The notes under the pieces are model-generated. The model was given only the letters and a program-made list of their open reading frames with translations, had not been told where the DNA came from and did no database searches. The position numbers were made by a program, and so were the translations under genes. Positions 9,885-15,248 of a stretch of 64,000 nt of DNA are shown piece by piece (position 1 is the first letter of the stretch; the number at the start of each line of letters is the position of its first letter). Source of the DNA: a virus; IMG/VR virus record IMGVR_UViG_3300009180_000022, one strand, 5' to 3'.

Positions 9885-10406
9885 ATGAAAACATCAACAC
9901 GTAAAGCAAAAGAGCCGCAACTGCCCGGTACCGATAGAATCATGCTTAAGTTCGATCTTAAGAAAGGCATGTCTATCAATCGTGCAATTGTATTCTGTAG
10001 TGCATATCTTGATAGTCAACCTGATCCGACTAAGGCGTCTAATGCCGTAGTTCAGACCCTTGAGATTCCGTTTCCTTTCTTTAAGGAACCTTCTCAGGCA
10101 AAGATCATGGCATTAGCCGCTATCGAACAGCTACTACTAATGGATGTATTTGATCCAGTAGCAGCCGGTGAAATCGCTAATGCTAAATTTGAACGTATTC
10201 AGAAGAAGATGCCTTATGCCGTTCAAGGTGAGGCTATCAATAAGTCACGCAGGGGTGCTAAGAGGGATGTTGCACGTCAGATTTACATGGAGAACAGGGA
10301 CATGGATGAGAAGCTTGTCATTGCCCAGGTAGCCAAGGAACTTGACATTTCACCACAGAATGCATACACTTACATTTATCTGGTAAAAAAGTCCCTTAAG
10401 ATCTAA
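9885..10406 (+). CDS. hypothetical protein with C-terminal HTH-like motif
   Basis: VIAQVAKELDISPQNAYTYIY; similar motif in ORF 20093. Confidence 0.7.
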   Translation: MKTSTRKAKEPQLPGTDRIMLKFDLKKGMSINRAIVFCSAYLDSQPDPTKASNAVVQTLEIPFPFFKEPSQAKIMALAAIEQLLLMDVFDPVAAGEIANAKFERIQKKMPYAVQGEAINKSRRGAKRDVARQIYMENRDMDEKLVIAQVAKELDISPQNAYTYIYLVKKSLKI

Positions 10407-10411
10407 AGCAG

Positions 10412-10440
10412 TGGCTTTTTTTAGCTATATACCTTACAAT
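10412..10440 (+). promoter_or_regulatory. sigma70-type promoter upstream of leader ORF
   Basis: TGGCTT-17bp-TACAAT, preceded by CAG like other family members. Confidence 0.5.
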
Positions 10441-10467
10441 CAATTTTTAGGTCAACAAGACAAAGAT

Positions 10468-10560
10468 ATGCTACATTGCACGAAACCATCCACACAGATT
10501 AATTGGAGTCTCCGCTCAGATGAGGCCGGATATCCTTTTGGTTCGGGGTCTTGTAAGTAG
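10468..10560 (+). CDS. candidate attenuator leader peptide MLHCTKPSTQINWSLRSDEAGYPFGSGSCK
   Basis: 30 sense codons, all different; 3' end overlaps antiterminator strand; SD weak. Confidence 0.55.
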   Translation: MLHCTKPSTQINWSLRSDEAGYPFGSGSCK

Positions 10561-10581
10561 TAAATCTACCACTTTAACAAG

Positions 10582-10614
10582 AACCCCAGGACTAAACAAC
10601 CTGGGGTTTTTTTT
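10582..10614 (+). terminator. rho-independent terminator (attenuator) upstream of tRNA island
   Basis: AACCCCAGG-9nt-CCTGGGGTT with T8 tract. Confidence 0.85.
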
Positions 10615-10635
10615 CATCAGCTGTTTAAAAAACGG

Positions 10636-10664
10636 TTGATTTAATTAACAAGGTACCATATAAT
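10636..10664 (+). promoter_or_regulatory. sigma70-type promoter, tRNA island P1
   Basis: TTGATT-17bp-TATAAT with A-tract upstream. Confidence 0.8.
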
Positions 10665-10723
10665 TGGTACATGAGATAGGAAAAACAGCTTAGAAAAGTT
10701 GTTACAACTGGATTAAAAAACAG

Positions 10724-10752
10724 TTGATTTAATTAAAGGTGTATCATATAAT
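10724..10752 (+). promoter_or_regulatory. sigma70-type promoter, tRNA island P2 (near-duplicate of P1, 88-nt period)
   Basis: TTGATT-17bp-TATAAT followed by TGGTACAT as in P1. Confidence 0.8.
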
Positions 10753-10806
10753 TGGTACATCTGCTGAGAAATCAGCAACGTTCTTTAAAAAATTAGGTAG
10801 TTATTT

Positions 10807-10881
10807 ACTGCGTTCGTCTATCGGTTAGGACATCAGGTTTTCAACCTGAGAAGACGAGTTCGACTCTCGTACGCAGTACCA
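10807..10881 (+). tRNA. tRNA-Glu(TTC)
   Basis: cloverleaf; TCAGG-TT-TTC-AA-CCTGA; ACCA. Confidence 0.9.
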
Positions 10882-10977
10882 TATTAGAATACATTGCTTG
10901 CCCGTCCGCAAAAGACGAGGTAAACTATTAAAGAAACAGGTTCGAATCCTGGGGACTGGTAGTGTGTTCTAATATGG
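10879..10977 (+). ncRNA. long-stem-enclosed element with internal T-loop hairpin
   Basis: CCATATTAGAATACATTGC pairs with GTAGTGTGTTCTAATATGG; internal CAGG-TTCGAAT-CCTG. Confidence 0.45.
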
Positions 10978-10982
10978 TTTAT

Positions 10983-11058
10983 GTGCGTGTGCACCGAATG
11001 GCTAGGTAGCGGATTGCAAATCCGTATTATGCAGGTTCGAGTCCTGTCACGCACTCCA
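10983..11058 (+). tRNA. tRNA-Cys(GCA)
   Basis: GCGGA-TT-GCA-AA-TCCGT; U73; CCA. Confidence 0.9.
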
Positions 11059-11067
11059 CAAGAATTT

Positions 11068-11142
11068 GGGCTGTTGGTATAACTGGGAACACAGTGGCCT
11101 TGCAAGTCACAGTTGGGAGTTCGATTCTCCCACGGTCCACCA
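11068..11142 (+). tRNA. tRNA-Ala(TGC)
   Basis: G3:U70 pair; GTGGC-CT-TGC-AA-GTCAC; ACCA. Confidence 0.9.
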
Positions 11143-11144
11143 AA

Positions 11145-11330
11145 TCTCGTTACTACTTTCGTTAAAGTAGCGTTTGATTAGCGATAGAGATCCGGTGGCA
11201 GAAAACCGTTAGCGAGGTCAAACTCAGGCTCTGATAGGCAGAATCTCAACTGCACACAGACTAAAGAATAAATGGAGATGGACAGAGTAACTTCTCAATC
11301 AAGGGCTGGCGTGGAACCCAGTAGCTTGTA
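11145..11330 (+). ncRNA. putative structured ncRNA of unknown class
   Basis: ~185 nt between tRNAs with several hairpins (CTACTTT/AAAGTAG, CGGT/ACCG, GCAG/CTGC); no credible ORF. Confidence 0.4.
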
Positions 11331-11338
11331 CTTATTTT

Positions 11339-11413
11339 GGCTCGTTCATATAATGGTCATTATCGCGGATTGTCTATCCGTAGATGGGAGTTCGATTCTC
11401 CCACGAGTCGCCA
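11339..11413 (+). tRNA. tRNA-Asp(GTC)
   Basis: GCGGA-TT-GTC-TA-TCCGT; G73; CCA. Confidence 0.88.
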
Positions 11414-11419
11414 GTTTTT

Positions 11420-11495
11420 GCCGAGATAGCTCAGTTGGTAGAGCACCTGTCTGAAGAACAGGGTGTGGGCGGTTCGATCCCGTCTCTCGGTACCA
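11420..11495 (+). tRNA. tRNA-Phe(GAA)
   Basis: canonical D arm AGCTCAGTTGGTAGAGC; CCTGT-CT-GAA-GA-ACAGG; ACCA. Confidence 0.9.
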
Positions 11496-11507
11496 GAATA
11501 TTTTTTT

Positions 11508-11581
11508 CCTCCGTTAGCTCAATGGTAGAGCAATCGGCTGATAACCGATAGACAGAAGTTCAATTCTTCTACAGAGGACCA
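11508..11581 (+). tRNA. tRNA-Ile(GAT)
   Basis: ATCGG-CT-GAT-AA-CCGAT; ACCA. Confidence 0.9.
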
Positions 11582-11589
11582 AGTTTTAT

Positions 11590-11673
11590 GGAGGGGATGC
11601 TCTAATGGTAGGGCAGCAGGCTGTAACCCTGTGGCCTTCGGGCAAGTAGGTTCGATCCCTACCCACTCCACCA
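11590..11673 (+). tRNA. tRNA-Tyr(GTA)
   Basis: GCAGG-CT-GTA-AC-CCTGT; long variable arm; ACCA. Confidence 0.9.
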
Positions 11674-11678
11674 AGTTT

Positions 11679-11739
11679 TAGGATGCGTTCAGCAAATAAT
11701 ACATTAGACTTCTAATCTAAACCGTAAAAAAGCATCCTG
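11679..11739 (+). ncRNA. Y-RNA-like family copy 1, carrying an isolated anticodon stem-loop (UCU)
   Basis: TAGGATGC/GCATCCTG stem, GTTCAGCAA motif; insert TTAGA-CT-TCT-AA-TCTAA. Confidence 0.6.
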
Positions 11740-11748
11740 TTATTTTAT

Positions 11749-11825
11749 GCCCTGGTGACGGAATTGGTATACGTACTGGTCTTAGAAACCAGGTTCTGGG
11801 AGTTCAAGTCTCCCCTAGGGCACCA
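11749..11825 (+). tRNA. tRNA-Leu(TAG), short variable arm
   Basis: CTGGT-CT-TAG-AA-ACCAG; ACCA. Confidence 0.85.
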
Positions 11826-11882
11826 ATAAAGCTCGCCTTGATTGATGGCGTATAATGAGATAAATTGTCAATCACAAATTTC

Positions 11883-11957
11883 GCGTCTTTAGTAAAATGG
11901 AGATTACACAACGCTACGAACGTTGGAGTGGGAGTTCGATTCTCTCAGGACGCACCA
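11883..11957 (+). tRNA. tRNA-Arg(ACG)
   Basis: CAACG-CT-ACG-AA-CGTTG; ACCA. Confidence 0.9.
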
Positions 11958-11966
11958 GATTTTTAT

Positions 11967-12040
11967 GCGGGGTTCGTATAGTGGTAATACCTTAGCCTTC
12001 CAAGCTAAAGCGAGGAGTTCGATTCTCCTACCCCGCTCCA
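11967..12040 (+). tRNA. tRNA-Gly(TCC)
   Basis: TTAGC-CT-TCC-AA-GCTAA; U73; CCA. Confidence 0.9.
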
Positions 12041-12046
12041 TAGTTT

Positions 12047-12110
12047 TAGGATAGCAACAGCAAACATTAAAAATCTTTTCTTGAAAAAAAAGCCAAAAAA
12101 TGCTATCCTG
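12047..12110 (+). ncRNA. Y-RNA-like family copy 2
   Basis: TAGGATAGCA/TGCTATCCTG stem, ACAGCAA motif; weak insert hairpin with loop CT-TGA-AA. Confidence 0.55.
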
Positions 12111-12118
12111 TTTTATTT

Positions 12119-12192
12119 GCCCTTTTAGTATAATGGTATTACACCTGTTTTGTAATCAGGTTACGGCAGTTCGATTCTGTCATGGGGCACCA
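12119..12192 (+). tRNA. tRNA-Thr(TGT)
   Basis: CCTGT-TT-TGT-AA-TCAGG; ACCA. Confidence 0.85.
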
Positions 12193-12199
12193 TAGTTTT

Positions 12200-12273
12200 C
12201 TCGGTGTGGCGTAATGGTAGCGTTCGTGGTTTGGGGCCATGAGGCGAAGGTTCGATTCCTTCTACCGAGACCA
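12200..12273 (+). tRNA. tRNA-Pro(TGG)
   Basis: CGTGG-TT-TGG-GG-CCATG; C1:G72, A73; CCA. Confidence 0.88.
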
Positions 12274-12276
12274 AGT

Positions 12277-12492
12277 TTTGTAAGTGTTAGCAAGAGAAGC
12301 CATGCTGCCTAGGTTTGTTCGAACAACTGAAGCAGTAAAAGGATGCGGGTTCGATGCCCGGCTGGTCGCTTGAATGGGTCTGGCATACAATAGGTGTATC
12401 ATCTGGAGGACTCCCAAGTAACGTACCGAATCCCGTCCGGACTAGTGCAATCGGGTGAATGGTTCCTATAATGTGGAGGAACAACTTACAAA
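12277..12492 (+). ncRNA. Y-RNA-like family copy 3 (large ~215 nt, divergent)
   Basis: TTTGTAAGT-GTT/AAC-A-ACTTACAAA closing stem followed by AGCAA; internal CGGG-TTCGATG-CCCG T-loop hairpin. Confidence 0.45.
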
Positions 12493-12502
12493 TTCAATTT
12501 AT

Positions 12503-12581
12503 TCCGTAGAACCCGAGCATGGTGCATGGGCTTGACTGTTAATCAATGTTTAGCTGGGATCGTTACCCAGATACGGAGCCA
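12503..12581 (+). tRNA. tRNA-Asn(GTT), atypical (extended D arm, T loop ATCGTTA)
   Basis: TTGA-CT-GTT-AA-TCAA; G73; CCA. Confidence 0.7.
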
Positions 12582-12588
12582 ATTTTAT

Positions 12589-12662
12589 TCGGGCGTTGTG
12601 TAATGGTAGCACAACAGACTTTGACTCTGTTAGCGTAGGTTCGATCCCTACCGCCCGTACCA
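12589..12662 (+). tRNA. tRNA-Gln(TTG)
   Basis: ACAGA-CT-TTG-AC-TCTGT; ACCA. Confidence 0.9.
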
Positions 12663-12668
12663 AAGTAG

Positions 12669-12697
12669 TTGATTTTTATTGCAGAAGAGTTTATAAT
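12669..12697 (+). promoter_or_regulatory. sigma70-type promoter
   Basis: TTGATT-17bp-TATAAT. Confidence 0.75.
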
Positions 12698-12717
12698 TTA
12701 ATTTTAAAGGAAACGAC

Positions 12718-12741
12718 ATGAAACGTTCAGGTAAACGATAG
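12718..12741 (+). CDS. candidate mini leader ORF MKRSGKR
   Basis: SD AAGGA upstream; stop codon abuts hairpin 12741-12780; precedes two tRNA-Lys genes. Confidence 0.35.
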   Translation: MKRSGKR

Positions 12742-12806
12742 TGTCAACTTTAGATCCCATGTATGGTCTTAAGTTGGCACGTAAAAGAAAATTTAATACG
12801 TAACAA

Positions 12807-12882
12807 CCACTCGTGGCGTTAATGGTAGCGTACATGACTCTTAATCATCGAGGTCTGAGTTCGAATCTCAGCGAGTGGACCA
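12807..12882 (+). tRNA. tRNA-Lys(CTT)
   Basis: ATGA-CT-CTT-AA-TCAT; ACCA. Confidence 0.88.
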
Positions 12883-12887
12883 TACAT

Positions 12888-12963
12888 GGGATTGTAGTGA
12901 AATGGTTATCACAGCAGACTTTTAATCTGCCAATTCTGGGTTCGAGTCCCAGCAGTCCCACCA
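12888..12963 (+). tRNA. tRNA-Lys(TTT)
   Basis: GCAGA-CT-TTT-AA-TCTGC; ACCA. Confidence 0.9.
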
Positions 12964-13045
12964 TATAAAAACACATTCTAAAACATAAAGATTTAGGATC
13001 ATCATGGGGTACTTTCAGCTCATCCCCGAGTGTGTTTCTATATGG
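12961..13045 (+). ncRNA. long-stem-enclosed element, similar ends to 10879-10977
   Basis: CCATATAAAAACACATTC pairs with GAGTGTGTTTCTATATGG. Confidence 0.4.
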
Positions 13046-13058
13046 TAAAGGTATTATA

Positions 13059-13310
13059 ATGTTTAGAGTGTATTATACAGACCCATTGAGTGGTCAAGCT
13101 CATGGGCACGATTTAGAATTGTTGACGGAAGCGTTGAGATATACAGAAGGATTCCGAAAGCTAGGAATGTCATTCGTGACAATGGTTTCTGAGAATCCTG
13201 ATTCTGTCGGTAAAGCTGGAGTTGATTCAATCGTCAATGGAGTATGTCCTGATGGTGTTGCATACGATTGGAATAAAGCCAGCCGTATTGGACGAGCAAA
13301 GAAAAAGTAA
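13059..13310 (+). CDS. hypothetical protein
   Basis: SD AAGG before ATG 13059; FVTMVSENPDSVGKAGVD. Confidence 0.65.
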   Translation: MFRVYYTDPLSGQAHGHDLELLTEALRYTEGFRKLGMSFVTMVSENPDSVGKAGVDSIVNGVCPDGVAYDWNKASRIGRAKKK

Positions 13311-13321
13311 AACTTCTTAGG

Positions 13322-13395
13322 GTTGGTCTTAGTGTTAGCGGTTAGCACCCCGGGTTGTGATTCCGGTAGGATGGATTCGAATTCCATAGGCCACC
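13322..13395 (+). tRNA. tRNA-His(GTG), no encoded CCA
   Basis: G-1:C73; CCGGG-TT-GTG-AT-TCCGG; flanked by inverted repeat AAAACTTCTTAGGG/CCCTAAGAAGTTTT. Confidence 0.8.
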
Positions 13396-13408
13396 CCTAA
13401 GAAGTTTT

Positions 13409-13483
13409 CTCGCTGTCGTATAATGGATAATACGACTCACTCCTAACGAGTAAATAGGGGTTCGATTCCCTTCGGCGGGACCA
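13409..13483 (+). tRNA. tRNA-Arg(CCT)
   Basis: ACTCA-CT-CCT-AA-CGAGT; ACCA. Confidence 0.85.
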
Positions 13484-13490
13484 AGGATAC

Positions 13491-13566
13491 GGATGATTAG
13501 CTCAGTTGGTAGAGCACCGCCTCGACATGGCGAAGGTCAGTGGCTCGAGTCCACTATCATCCACCA
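13491..13566 (+). tRNA. tRNA-Val(GAC), with C33 and C54 variants
   Basis: CGCC-TC-GAC-AT-GGCG; canonical D arm; ACCA. Confidence 0.8.
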
Positions 13567-13599
13567 TTAATAAATACTCGTTTATATCTAGGAGATAAA

Positions 13600-13944
13600 A
13601 TGGCTGATTACGTAGATTACATGTTAAGGTTCGATAGTAAAGAACAAGCTGAAAGCGCGCTTGTTGAGTGGGGGTTTGCCCGTAGGTTTAAACCATCAGA
13701 TTTTCACGGTGAAGTTATTGTTGGAATACCCCCGCACGCTCTTGATGTTATTGGTATAATTCAAGTTCCTGGGGAAGCACCTCCTCCTACTGATGACATT
13801 ACAGTTGTAATAGCTGAATATCATATAGACATCTCGTTTGTTGAATTACCAGGGTATCATATTAATCTTCGAACAGTGGATAATTATCCAGAGCTCGAAC
13901 CGTACAGAGTATTTCCGGCCAACCCACTAAGGCAGTGGGCGTAG
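13600..13944 (+). CDS. hypothetical protein (possible tail-fibre-associated small protein)
   Basis: SD AGGAG; ALDVIGII...GYHINLR...PANPLRQWA; AATAAATA late-like box upstream. Confidence 0.6.
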   Translation: MADYVDYMLRFDSKEQAESALVEWGFARRFKPSDFHGEVIVGIPPHALDVIGIIQVPGEAPPPTDDITVVIAEYHIDISFVELPGYHINLRTVDNYPELEPYRVFPANPLRQWA

Positions 13945-13955
13945 TAAGTTTTTTT

Positions 13956-14044
13956 GGAGAGTAATGCAGCGGGGATGGTCCTGCGACTGGCCTTGAAAAC
14001 CAGGTTCTCAGAAATGGGATGGGGTTCGACTCCTCTGCTCTCCG
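13956..14044 (+). tRNA. tRNA-Ser(TGA), no encoded CCA
   Basis: GGAGAGT/GCTCTCC, G73; CT-TGA-AA loop; long variable arm. Confidence 0.75.
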
Positions 14045-14087
14045 CCCTTGAGTCAAAGTCAAGACTCGAACGATTATAAATAAGTGT

Positions 14088-14738
14088 ATGTATTACACTG
14101 TTTATAAAACGACAAATAAGATTAATGGCAAGATCTATATTGGATCGCATAAGACCAGAAATCCTAATGACTCTTACCTAGGATCAGGTAAGTATTTAAA
14201 ACATGCCATAGAGAAGCATGGAGTACAGGCATTTACTAAAGAAGTATTGTTTGTGTTCGAGACTGCTGTAGAGATGTATGCTAAGGAAGCAGAGTTGGTA
14301 ACAAAAGAATTTCTTTCAGAAGAAAATACATACAACCTTAAGGTTGGAGGTTTTGGTGGATTTGATTATCTTAATAATTGGAAAGAAAATCCATCTCACT
14401 CTATGGAACATATGGTACGAATGTATAGGTTAGGAACAGCAGCACGCAATGCAGATCGTATTGAGCGATTTTCAAACACGTCATACAATCAAACCTGGGG
14501 GGAGATGTCCACGCGTAATCAGATACAACAGTACAGTGAAGGCAGAGTACCAGGAATGTTAGGTAAAATCCATAGTGCAGATACAAAACATAAAATTTCA
14601 ACTGCTAACTCGTTGAAACAACAAGGAACTAAAAATTCACAGTTTGGCACTGTATGGATTACTGACGGTATTAGCAATAAAAAGATAAAAAAAGGTTTAC
14701 ATATACCAACCGGTTGGTATAGAGGTAGAACAAAGTAA
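14088..14738 (+). CDS. GIY-YIG homing endonuclease (SegB-like) in tRNA island
   Basis: YTVYKTTNKINGKIYIGSH, YLGSG, YNLKVGGFGG, NUMOD3-like and WITDG C-terminal motifs; TATAAATA at 14075. Confidence 0.85.
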   Translation: MYYTVYKTTNKINGKIYIGSHKTRNPNDSYLGSGKYLKHAIEKHGVQAFTKEVLFVFETAVEMYAKEAELVTKEFLSEENTYNLKVGGFGGFDYLNNWKENPSHSMEHMVRMYRLGTAARNADRIERFSNTSYNQTWGEMSTRNQIQQYSEGRVPGMLGKIHSADTKHKISTANSLKQQGTKNSQFGTVWITDGISNKKIKKGLHIPTGWYRGRTK

Positions 14739-14758
14739 ACATATGCAGAATAAATCAG

Positions 14759-14787
14759 TTGCATTAATTACCGTAAAAGGTTATAAT
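14759..14787 (+). promoter_or_regulatory. sigma70-type promoter of the ncRNA + vWA protein unit
   Basis: TTGCAT-17bp-TATAAT. Confidence 0.7.
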
Positions 14788-14808
14788 TAATGCATAGTGA
14801 GTAAGTTT

Positions 14809-14991
14809 TAGGATCGGTACAGCAACAACACTAGCGGAGTCATATCCGCATCCGAACTGTTTCTAGATACCCTGTTATTAACTGGAGCCTTGATTGGCTT
14901 TGAAGGTAAATAACAACGCGAAAGCAAGGATTCTTTAGACGAACAGGAGTTTCGATTTCTCATGTAAATCAAAAAGTAGAAACCGATCCTG
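14809..14991 (+). ncRNA. Y-RNA-like family copy 4 (large insert)
   Basis: TAGGATCGGT/ACCGATCCTG stem, ACAGCAA motif; internal GCGGA/TCCGC hairpin and GAG-TTTCGATTT-CTC T-loop-like hairpin. Confidence 0.6.
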
Positions 14992-15007
14992 TTATATTTG
15001 AAAGATT

Positions 15008-15097
15008 TAGAGTAGGTTCAGCAAAACAAAACTAGCTGGTTCGATTCCAGCATTACGCTTCTGCGTGATGTGCCACGGTGGCAATCAAACTACTCTG
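15008..15097 (+). ncRNA. Y-RNA-like family copy 5, permuted tRNA mimic
   Basis: TAGAGTAG/CTACTCTG stem, GTTCAGCAA; T arm GCTGG-TTCGATT-CCAGC, loop-closed acceptor ATTACGC-TTCT-GCGTGAT, D-like TGCCA-CGG-TGGCA. Confidence 0.65.
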
Positions 15098-15104
15098 TTG
15101 TTTT

Positions 15105-15228
15105 TAGGTTAAGTTCCGCAAAACAAAATATGCTAATAGGAACTGAAAGACTGGTTCGATTCCAGCCAGGGCACGTAGTGTCTTGGTAGTGTAATGGTAG
15201 CACGTCAGTATGCAAAAAGTTTAACCTG
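15105..15228 (+). ncRNA. Y-RNA-like family copy 6, YrlA-type circularly permuted tRNA mimic
   Basis: TAGGTTAA/TTAACCTG stem, GTTCCGCAA; ACTGA/TCAGT stem encloses T arm, loop-closed acceptor CCAGGGCAC-GTA-GTGTCTTGG and D arm TA-GTGT-AATGGTA-GCAC. Confidence 0.7.
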
Positions 15229-15248
15229 TTGATTTGAAAGGAAATATT

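Noticed and set aside
11679-15228. CRISPR array formed by the repeated TAGG...CAGCAA...CCTGTT units
   Set aside because: Units are dispersed, differ in stem sequence while keeping pairing, and have 40-190 nt inserts; there are no identical repeats, regular spacers or cas genes. The Cas4-like ORF at 9165 is the usual phage exonuclease.
15008-15228. Ordinary or decayed tRNA genes
   Set aside because: Arm order is permuted (T, acceptor, D), the acceptor stem is closed by a loop, and there is no CCA or anticodon loop; interpreted as tRNA mimics instead.
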